Positions 52,301 through 62,164 of a DNA stretch of 64,000 bases are shown here, piece after piece. The notes beneath the pieces are model-generated. The model saw nothing but the letters and a program-made list of their open reading frames with translations. It was not told the DNA's origin and did not search any database. This stretch comes from Macrostomum lignano (lineage: Eukaryota): positions 186,001-250,000 of the forward strand of contig NIVC01000392.1 in assembly GCA_002269645.1 (NCBI GenBank). The letters run 5' to 3'. Both the position numbers and the translations under genes were made by a program. How positions within the stretch are numbered: the stretch's first letter is position 1; each line of letters opens with the position of its first letter.

Positions 52301-55300
52301 GATTACAATAATCCCCTGGATTAAGGAGCTGCAGTTCCTCCCCATTTGGGATTACAATAATCCCCTGGATAAGGAGGTGCAGTTCCTCCCCATTTGGGAT
52401 TACAATAATCCCCTGGATAAGGAGGTGCAGTTCCTCCCCATTTGGGATTACAATAATCCCCTGGATAAGGAGCTGCAGTTCCTCCCCATTTGGGATTACA
52501 ATAATCCCCTGGATAAGGAGGTGCAGTTCCTCCCCATTTGGGATTACAATAATCCCCTGGATTAAGGAGCTGCAGTTCCTCCCCATTTGGGATTACAATA
52601 ATCCCCTGGATAAGGAGGTGCAGTTCCTCCCCATTTGGGATTACAATAATCCCCTGGATAAGGAGGTGCAGTTCCTCCCCATTTGGGATTACAATAATCC
52701 CCTGGATAAGGAGCTGCAGTTCCTCCCCATTTGGGATTACAATAATCCCCTGGATAAGGAGGTGCAGTTCCTCCCCATTTGGGATTACAATAATCCCCTG
52801 GATTAAGGAGCTGCAGTTCCTCCCCATTTGGGATTACAATAATCCCCTGGATAAGGAGCTGCAGTTCCTCCCCATTTGGGATTACAATAATCCCCTGGAT
52901 AAGGAGGTGCAGTTCCTCCCCATTTGGGATTACAATAATCCCCTGGATTAAGGAGCTGCAGTTCCTCCCCATTTGGGATTACAATAATCCCCTGGATAAG
53001 GAGGTGCAGTTCCTCCCCATTTGGGATTACAATAATCCCCTGGATAAGGAGCTGCAGTTCCTCCCCATTTGGGATTACAATAATCCCCTGGATAAGGAGG
53101 TGCAGTTCCTCCCCATTTGGGATTACAATAATCCCCTGGATTAAGGAGCTGCAGTTCCTCCCCATTTGGGATTACAATAATCCCCTGGATAAGGAGGTGC
53201 AGTTCCTCCCCATTTGGGATTACAATAATCCCCTGGATAAGGAGGTGCAGTTCCTCCCCATTTGGGATTACAATAATCCCCTGGATTAAGGAGCTGCAGT
53301 TCCTCCCCATTTGGGATTACAATAATCCCCTGGATAAGGAGGTGCAGTTCCTCCCCATTTGGGATTACAATAATCCCCTGGATTAAGGAGCTGCAGTTCC
53401 TCCCCATTTGGGATTACAATAATCCCTGGATAAGGAGGTGCAGTTCCTCCCCATTTGGGATTACAATAATCCCCTGGATTAAGGAGCTGCAGTTCCTCCC
53501 CATTTGGGATTACAATAATCCCCTGGATTAAGGAGCTGCAGTTCCTCCCCATTTGGGATTACAATAATCCCTGGATTAAGGAGCTGCAGTTCCTCCCCAT
53601 TTGGGATTACAATAATCCCCTGGATAAGGAGGTGCAGTTCCTCCCCATTTGGGATTACAATAATCCCCTGGATTAAGGAGCTGCAGTTCCTCCCCATTTG
53701 GGATTACAATAATCCCCTGGATTAAGGAGCCGCAGTCCCTGCCAAAACTCTGCCCAGATAAAGCTCAGATTTTGGATTAGAATTAACCTCTCTTCCTAAC
53801 TATCGAATTAAGCCTAAATTGAATTATTATTCAAGCTCAACATAAAAAGATAAGAGCATAATATGCAAAAATTTCACTCTGAAAAAAGCAAACAGTCTTT
53901 ACCTGTGTTTCTTCCGTCTCCTGGAAGCAACAACTCTCTAGAATTGTCATCAATTAACCCTCCTTCTTTGTTATAACAATGCCAATTCAGCAACAGAGAT
54001 GCATTCTGATGATTTGACAACAATCTAGTAGAGATTGCTTCAATTTGAACTCGAACTCGCGACTTTCGACTGCTATCACCATAGACTGCCAGACTGATCA
54101 CTCGAATGTCGCTATCAGCTGTCGACCTCATCCGCTCTATTAATACTGGCAATGGCACCACTACAGCAAATCGATTAGTCAAAGCCGGAGCTACAGCCAC
54201 AAGTTTGTCATCATTTGGCGGCTGTACACTCAGCCTGACAACAAGCATGCAGTTAGTAGCTGCGGCACTGCTAGTGTCAGACCATTGGACAGGTACGCTG
54301 ATATTGGTGGCACCAAGAAGCGGGTACGCGGCTGGATCAGTTGGCTTGGCTGCCAGACTGTCGGTTGGAGTGTGATGACTGCTGCAGGGTGTCAAGAGTG
54401 TTGTTTAATAAGTGCATTTTAAAATTACATACTTTTATAAAACAGTTTGTTACGAATAATAATAATTTATTACACCTGACCTAATGGGCAGATGTGCAAC
54501 CGACAGCTCAGCCGCAGCTATTGCGCGGCGCATCTGAAGACTGCGTACGGCTGTTCAGTCCAAGGACTGGGGGGGGGGGTCGCCACACACCTTCAATTAC
54601 CCCAGCTAATGCTGGCACCCATTTTACAGCTGGGTGAACTGAGTACTGAAGCAATGCAGAGTTAAGTGTCTTGCTTAAGGACAAAATTGTTCTGAGTGGG
54701 TCAAGAATCAAACCCCTGACCTTCAAGTCGTGAGTCCGACGCTCTAACCACTACGCTACAACCCCCTAATTGTTACAAAGCACCATCTATGATGCAAATT
54801 GTGATGGCATTCATACTAATAGTGATATAAATTCAGTCACACTAATAGTTTCACTATTCACACTTAATTCACACTAATTGTGACACCATTCAAACTAATC
54901 GTGGCACCATTCACACTAATTGTGATACCATTCACACTAATTGTGATACCATTCACACTAATCGTGACACCATTCACACTAATTGTTGACACTATTCACA
55001 CTAATTGACACCATTCACATTAATTGATACCATTCACACTAATTGTGATGCCATTCACACTAATTGACACCATTCACACTAATTGTGATACCATTCACAC
55101 TAATTGTGATGCCATTCACACTAATTGACACCATTCACACTAATTGTGATACCATTCACACTAATTGTGATGCCATTCACACTAATTGACACCATTCACA
55201 CTAATTGTGATACCATTCACACTAATTGTGACACCATTCACACTAATTGTTGACACTATTCACACTAATTGACACCATTCACACTAATTGTGACACCATT

Positions 55301-56292
55301 CACACTAATTGACACCATTCACATTAATAGACACCATTCACACTAATTGTGGCACCATTCACACTAATTGTGATACCATTCACACTAATTGTGACACTAT
55401 TCACACTAATTGTGATACCATTCACACTAATTGTGACACTATTCACACTAATTGTTGACACCATTCATACTAATTGATACCATTCACATTAATTGACATC
55501 ATTCAAACTATTTAAAAGAAACAATTTAAAAATACAAATCTTTAATAAGGCACAACTTACCTCACAGTCCAATAGATCATAACAGTATAAACCAAAGTAT
55601 AATTGAACTGGGTCAGCCACTTTTGGATTGGAACTGGCATTGGCTTCAATGTAATTTGTAGATAAGCCTCTGATTTAGTGGACACATTGGTAGGAATTGT
55701 TCCAAGTTGCCAGAAACTTTCTTGTAAGTCTAAAAAAATCATTTATAATTAAGCTTGAGATAAATAAAGAAACAATAAACTTCAATTATCAATTATAATA
55801 ACTGAAATCACATACAGCAAAATGCTACATCAGAGCCATCTCGACAATGTTGCTGCAAACAGTTAGTTGGTATAGATGTGCATCCAACTTTTTTAGGCGT
55901 TAGACACTGAAACTGTGAAGCTTGACAACTAAAATTGTAAAAATGGATGTTTTGATATTTATTTAAAATTTAAAAATTGTTTGTTTGAAAATGGCAAGTA
56001 TAAATACTCAAATAGTTAGATTATAAATTATAAAATGGTAATATTACTGACACATGGCACTAAAAACTTACCTAAAATTTGTAGGTTTCATTGAAAAAAT
56101 TAGGCACTTTGGATCTATGTGATTTTTATTTAAGTTGCACTGTAATTTTGTAATATTAAATAGAAGCTTTGGCTGAGTATCTTGTTGCTGCATTGATAAG
56201 CTTTCTTGCAAAGTAGGCTTAATGGTAAAAATATATTGCAAGCAAGAGAAAATAAGCAAAGTTCTTATTCTAGAGCTTCCCATTGCCATCAT
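46378..56292 (-). CDS. Type I membrane protein: signal peptide, LDLa-like module, multiple FN3-like domains, one TM helix, short cytoplasmic tail (918 aa)
   Basis: Exons 56292-56072, 55928-55816, 55729-55561, 54381-53903, 50940-50564, 49868-49588, 49252-49140, 48694-48585, 48512-48329, 47687-47503 and 46902-46378. All introns GT-AG and phase-consistent; 2757 nt, no internal stop. LDLa-like CQASQFQC...HCRDGSDVAFC; FN3 motifs YWVSVRACDTRGCGPRS and LDHLQGCSLYSMRV; TM GIGLLAAGCSVAACLLLGLAIFGM followed by RRR. Confidence 0.82.
46940..47485. repeat. 23-bp minisatellite, receptor intron 10
   Basis: (GGAGATGCAGGGAGCTATCAAAC)n. Confidence 0.95.
47742..48210. repeat. 33-bp minisatellite, receptor intron 9
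   Basis: (ATGGGATCTCACTCACTAATCCCTCACTGGGGT)n, ~14 copies. Confidence 0.95.
48808..49100. repeat. Imperfect GATTTGAAGGCCGATTTA repeat, receptor intron 7
   Basis: About 8 degenerate units. Confidence 0.75.
49980..50520. repeat. ~28-bp minisatellite, receptor intron 5
   Basis: (TTTGGGATTTAGATCCCTATATATATAG)n core with degenerate edges. Confidence 0.9.
50985..53735. repeat. 48/49-bp satellite (~57 copies), receptor intron 4
   Basis: Unit CTGGAT(T)AAGGAG(G/C)TGCAGTTCCTCCCCATTTGGGATTACAATAATCCC, with a hairpin GGGATTA-CAA-TAATCCC in each unit. Confidence 0.97.
54462..54766 (-). mobile_element. tRNA-derived SINE with V/Meta-like central domain, receptor intron 3
   Basis: Minus strand GTAGCGTAGTGGTTAGAGCG (A box)...GGTTTGATTC (B-box-like), then TCCTTAAGCAAGACACTTAAC...CACCCAGCTGTAAAATGGGTGCC and an AT-rich tail. 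Confidence 0.8.
54830..55505. repeat. ~21-bp minisatellite, receptor intron 3
   Basis: (CATTCACACTAATTGTGATAC)n with 18-bp variants. Confidence 0.95.
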
Positions 56293-57436
56293 TTGTGTTG
56301 TAAGCAATAGGCCTATAGTTGAATAGAGATTGACAGGATTAGATAAGGTGAACTATGATAAAATATTTACATTTGATAAGTTCAAAAGTTAAAAATTTGC
56401 AACTGAGGTTTCGTACTGGCGACTCTCCCAGCTCTAAATAATTAAGTACTAGTGCTGTGGCCTAGTTATTATTATTAAGAATTGATTTTTAGGCGTTCGG
56501 GTATTAAGTTCAGTGCATAGGTCAAGCTTGGAAGCAACCAACAACGAATAATGAAGTGAGGAACGCACAGCCCACAACTGTAGTACAGAACGATAAACGC
56601 GGTAGTGCAGCTTACAGTTACAGGTACGTACAGGTTTTGCGAATCTCATTAAATAAGCGTTGAAAAACTGTTTGAAATTATGATAGCTGCATCTCTACCA
56701 TTTAAAACAACTGATGCTTGATAATTAATACATTTAAAGCGACGGGACGGCTAAAATATAACTTAAAGTAGTGTGTACAAAAAATTCTATATAGGCCTAA
56801 TAATACTCTCTATTGACAAAACTCAAATTTATACTAAAATTGAAGAGGCGTGAATGTATTTGATTGATAATAACAGTAGAAAAAGCGGGGCCAATGGGGG
56901 AGAGAATTACATCAAAGCAGAATTCTCCAATCAATAACTAGCCAAAGTGCAAGGACGGGAGTAATGGCAGGACCGCAAAAAAAATTGACTTGGCGCGATA
57001 TGCATGTACAAATGTAGTAGGCTTCGGTAATGCAATGATCGAGGCAGTACATGTCTATCCGAGCTTTGTAAAAACCTGCCCGGGGTGTGATAGTAGTCTA
57101 GTTTAGGGATTGGCAAATTTTTTTGCCTGAAGGGTCAGAGCTAAAGAACCTACAGGTAATATAGGGCCAGTAGATGATGAGAGAGGATCGAGATATCGAG
57201 GGATCGAAAATACATGTATGAAAGTTGAGGGGATCAGAGGAGAGAGGCGAGAGATATAGGATAAGATAAAAGAGAAGAGAGGAGAGTGAAATGAGAAAGG
57301 GGAGAGGAGAAAAATAGATAGGAGAGAAGAGAAGAGAAGATCGAAGAGGTGAAATTTTTAAGAATTAAATGCATCATTGATGTCATGTAAAAAATGTGCA
57401 GCTGCAGCACCTAGATCTTGTACAGTGTAACAGCCT

Positions 57437-57892
57437 CAGAGGCGTCTCCATGGATTTTATGGTGGGAGAACAAAGCCAAGAATCGGTGTTGTCAACGCTC
57501 ATTTTGGCGCCGCAGACACTCATTTTAGCGCCGCAGGCACTCATTTTAGCGCCGCAGGCACTCATTTTAGCGCCGCAGGCACTCATTTTAGCGCCGCAGG
57601 CACTCATTTTAGCGCCGCAGGCACTCATTTTAGCGCCGCAGGCACTCATTTTAGCGCCGCAGGCACTCATTTTAGCGCCGCAGGCACTCATTTTAGCGCC
57701 GCAGGCACTCATTTTAGCGCCGCAGACACTCATTTTAGCGCCGCAGGCGCTAAGTTTTGTCGCCATGCAGCAAAATTATTGATCTCCATAACGGGTCCAT
57801 ATGGGGGGGGACAAAGCATTGGCATGTCCCCTATATCTCTTTCGCTGGGAGACATGTCCCCCTGTCCCCCCCACCCGGTGGCGACGCCCCTG
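57437..57892 (+). mobile_element. TIR element (MITE, CAG termini) with internal 21-bp satellite, ~12 copies (57497-57750)
   Basis: TIRs CAGAGGCGTCTCCA / TGGCGACGCCCCTG; internal (GCACTCATTTTAGCGCCGCAG)n; flanks CAGCCT / CATCCT may be an imperfect TSD. Confidence 0.72.
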
Positions 57893-58276
57893 CATCCTTG
57901 TATCTGCTTTTTTTCGTGCTCCTTGCGCATTGCCTTTCCAGAACACCAATTAAGTACGTGCAGTACAGTTGTAAGAAGCACCCAGCCGCAGGGTTTGAAA
58001 TCTATCTATGAAACGTAATGTACAATCTGAGCATCGGCAAAGTTGTCAGCCTCACGTATCTGTACACCGCATTCTCGAAAAAAAGTTTCTATGACTGAGA
58101 GCTTCAATAGAACAATAAAAAATGAGGAGGAGGCCGGGGGCATTTTGCTTTTATTTAAAAAGACGAGTGCTTTAACTTGTGAGCAGACGGATGAGCTTGA
58201 CAAATTATTGCTCTCAAAACTGTAATATTGCGGTTAAAGAACTTTTTTATTTGAAATGACAACAAAGCCGAAATAC

Positions 58277-61200
58277 ATGACATCAATAGCGCCGCCACTG
58301 GTAAGTGATTATAATTTGCATTCAGAACTACTCATAAATCTACTCAGATCTACTCTCAACTAGTCAATAGTGGAATGCTAATTCATCACTTTGTTCCCCA
58401 GTCAATCTCCTCAATAGTCTCTTTCATCTCTCATCACTGGGTTCTGTTCTTCTGATCCCCTGTACCCCTGTCCTTCTCATCCCCTGCACCTCTCATCCCC
58501 TGTCCCTCTCATCCCTGCACCTCTCATCCCCTGTCCCTCTCATCCCCTGCCCCCCTCATCCCTTGTCCCTCTCATCCCCTGCACCTCTCATCCCCTGCAC
58601 CTCTCATCCCCTGTCCCTCTCATCTCCTGTCCCTCTCATCCCCTGCACCTCTCATCCCCTGTCCCTCTCATCCCCTGTCCCTCTCATCCCCTGTCACTCT
58701 CATCCCCTGTCCCTCTCATCCCTGCACCTCTCATCCCCTGTCCCTCTCATCCCCTGTCCCTCTCATCCCCTGCCCCCCTCATCCCTTGTCCCTCTCATCC
58801 CCTGCCCCCCTCATCCCTTGTCCCTCTCATCCCCTGCACCTCTCATCCCCTGCACCTCTCATCCCCTGTCCCTCTCATCTCTGCACCTCTCATCCCTGCA
58901 CCTCTCATCCCTGCACCTCTCATCCCCTGTTTCTCTCATCCCCTGCACCTCTCATCCCCTGTCCCTCTCATCGCCAGTATAACATCATAAGTATAATGTT
59001 CTGTCTGCTTTTAATTTGAACGAATTTCAGCCAAAAGAGCAGTTAGTCGTCATGCTGCTTGGCAAGACAGGCAATGGCAAGAGTTCCTTGGGTAACGCTT
59101 TGCTAGAAGAAAGAAGTTTCAACAGACAGATGGCCTAGTGGCCTGTCAGCAACATGATCCTGTCGGAGAGAAGGTAACTATATTGCAATAAATTTTCCAC
59201 TTTGCACATGTTTGATTGGCTAGCTGGCGAGTTTAGCATGCATTCATATGCAATGTGTGCATTTTCATGTGCATTTTCGTTTTCATTTTCATACATTTTG
59301 TCGGTGGGGTCGGACTGCAGGACTAGCCTCACAGAACCCTCCTCGGAAAGCCCACAGCCGGGAATCAGATGACAACGCGGAAGCTCGCATCGCTTGTCTA
59401 TCTGCTTCCCAGCACAAAATTGCAGTCTTTATGCTGTCCAGCACGCAGAACACGACTGTCTTTTGCGTGTTGAGCATCAGGCTGACGCTCGCCGCAACAG
59501 CAACTAGCTTGTCTAGTTGTCGCTGGGCGCCCTCGACAGTTGAGGACAGCAGGGCAAAATCGTGGGCGGAGCCAAGCACGCTGAGCTGCCTCTCCTGTCC
59601 TGCCGATTGTCGTTGACCCACGCTGTCGTCGTTTGTTGGTGTAGGAAGACAAATCCGTTGCACCCAGTCAAGCACCAGAAAGAACAGAAACGGTGCCTAG
59701 GTCCCTAGAGCTCCCAGAGGATGTCTCGAAAAAGTCCAATTGGCCGTTAGGTGTTGAAATAGCAGCTTTTTTTAACACAAAGTATGTTGCCATGAGACAA
59801 GCTGCTGCCAGGTTGTCCGCACGGAGCACCTACCTTTAGGGGCATGAACCTGAAGACCGAGTCGACCGCCTTCTTGAAATCTATATGAAGATAACAATCA
59901 GTATCGACTGGCGTATCCGCAGGGCTGCAGGTAGCTGTATCGGTCTTCCTCTAGCCTTGCGGTGCCTGGCTTTTATGAAATAGCGACGATGTGTATCGTA
60001 GTCCATTCTTTGGGTGCCTTCTCGCCAATACTCCATCTACAGTTAATAGTAAAGGGTTCATCCGGTGCCCATTTGAAGTGAAGTTCCGAATAAGCCTTGA
60101 CAGAAACCTCCTGCAGCGCGATGACGTCACAGCTTAGGTCGAGCTCAGTTTAGATTTGCCCACTGTCGAGGTTTGATCAGCGAAACTGGAGAATTTCGCA
60201 GCAGGATGTTCATAGTCCCCTGGTGCCACCTGATGAAGGTCCAAAAGCTCCAGCAGCTGGGTGAAGGCCAGTGACCAACGATGCCAGAGCTGGTGCCAGA
60301 GACACATGTGGTCGACGTGCTGATGAAATTTGGTGTCTTGGCGAGACCGAAATGAGGTGCAGCTGCTGATTGGCGCACAGAAGTGTATTGAAAGAATGCG
60401 AACTTTTTTGGCAGAATCGTTGAATATCTCGCTTGTCCGGGGGCTAGGAGGGGGAATCTCCCTTGGTAGTTCGACGGTCTTGGTATTTTTACTGTTCATG
60501 TATTTTGCAGCGAAAACTGACCTCTAGCGCAGTTTTCATGGTGCACGTTCACTTAATTACAATGTTATGCATGTTTAGTTTTATGTCAATTGATGCATGT
60601 GTACAATTTCGCCATGGACAAATTCAGTCGGGAAAGACATGCGCTCTAATGCGTACTAAGCTGAGTGCATTCAAGTGGCTTAAAATGGCTTAAAATGACT
60701 CAAAATGATTTTAGGCTTACTTACTACTGAAACAAAACAAAGGAGAACGAACTCGATATGTGTTACATGTCAGTTGAAGTAGCACTTTTTTAGTTTGCAC
60801 TTGGCAATTTTAAGCTAATTGAACGCTTCCAGCTCCTTTTTAAGAAATTCGAGTTTAGTGTCCTTGAACAGTCAGTTGTCCATGGTTAGATTACTTATGT
60901 GACTTTGCTTGTCATTGCAGGGAAAGATTGCTAGCGCCGACGAAGTGTTCGTTATTGATACGCCCGGAGTCATGGACAATGTCAAACCCGACGAGGCCTT
61001 GAAAGGCATCTGCAAGGCGATCAGCTTGGCACCCAACGGAGTGACCGCCTTTGTAATTGTGCTTCGAGCTGACAGTAAATTCACTGAGGACGAATTCAAG
61101 GCGGTGACTCAGTTGCAGAGTCTGTTTGGCGAAAAGTTCTGGCAGCACGTTGTGTGCGTTTTCACACACGGAGACTCTGTTCTGAAAGAAGGCGGTAGAA

Positions 61201-61628
61201 AAGCGTTTTTCGACACTGTAGAAACAGCGACCAAAGCGATCCCAAACTTTAAAAAGTTGATGAATTCCGTTGGCGAGAGATACATGGTGGTGAACTGCAA
61301 AAATATTGAATCGAAACAGCTGACCGAGTTTGTACTGCTGATAAACAGCGTGAGACGACTCAATAATAGCCAGAAGTACACAAACGAAGTGTTCAAGGCA
61401 GCCCAACTGTGTTACGAAAAGAACAAAGGCGGTGAGCTGGTCGCACGTAAGCGAGAGGCCAAGAACAAACTGCAAAGCCTAGAGGCTAAGCAGGCTCAAA
61501 CAAGGCTTGAGGAGATCGAAAAACTGAAGAAGCAGCTCAAAGAGAAGGAGGAACAAATCAAGAAGCTGCGAGAGAGTTCCGCAACAGCAGCCGTAGCGAA
61601 AGCTCCAAAAGAATGCGTCATTCTTTAG
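58277..61628 (+). CDS. AIG1/GIMAP-family GTPase with C-terminal coiled coil and CaaX (CVIL); exon 2 disrupted, possible pseudogene or consensus error
   Basis: Exons 58277-58300, 59031-59173 and 60921-61628. Motifs: G1 LLGKTGNGKSSLGNALL, G3 VIDTPG, R-FT--E dimer motif, G4 FTHGD. Exon 2 has a frameshift near 59121-59130 and a TGA at 59155 in the restored frame. Confidence 0.8.
58455..58975. repeat. ~16-bp pyrimidine-rich minisatellite in GIMAP intron 1
   Basis: (CCCCTGTCCCTCTCAT / CCCCTGCACCTCTCAT)n. Confidence 0.95.
59300..60450 (-). mobile_element. Degenerate RTE-like LINE reverse-transcriptase fragment in GIMAP intron 2
   Basis: IDFKKAVDSV (~59885-59855), frameshifted QGD-LAPFLF-LVLDW (~59720-59660), and LGSAHDFALLSSTVEGAQRQLDKL (decayed YADD, ~59560). 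Confidence 0.82.
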
Positions 61629-62164
61629 TCGATCCGCAACTGCGACTCTGACACTTTGAGTGATAATTTTTGCAACTTTCATAGCACCAAAGTATAGCTA
61701 ACAAAAATTGTTTACCCGGTCAATTTAAGAAAAAAGTATAGTTTTTTATATTAGTATATGGATTAAGAATAACACTTGTGGTAGTAGAAAATTAACGTTA
61801 ATACGACATGTTACTGTATACAAATTTGTAGCAGAGTCTAAATTACACAGAATTTCTTACGCTCACAATAGCTCATAGAATATATACGGTAATCTTTTTT
61901 TAACTGGGTTTCTTTCGTACAACTGATTGTCGAATTAAATCTTTTAGAAGTTAAATCGAATGTGCTATTAATATACAGGTATTTTGAGACTGTCTTACGA
62001 AATGAGCAATGATAAATAAAAAGTATATGCATCCTCTTTGTAACACTTCACTTAACTTCAATCAAGATAACTTCGTATATCAACATTCCATCTTTTAAGA
62101 AAAAACAATGTGATTTTTCTATCCATATTTTTATGGAAAATCTTCATGAGAATTTGTACCAAGA

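Noticed and set aside
50985-53735. CRISPR-like appearance (palindromic repeat at a regular period)
   Set aside because: No unique spacers and no cas genes; it is a contiguous tandem repeat inside a spliceosomal intron.
54700-54766. tRNA gene
   Set aside because: The tRNA-like head has a degenerate B box, no proper acceptor stem, and continues into a SINE body.
26415-58982. Dozens of long ORFs with repetitive translations ([46 protein letters not shown] and others)
   Set aside because: They are stop-free frames of intronic or intergenic minisatellites, open on several frames and both strands.
60613-60640. GQIQSGKT P-loop-like peptide as an alternative GIMAP exon
   Set aside because: No preceding hydrophobic strand, no AIG1 similarity and no suitable splice sites; likely chance.
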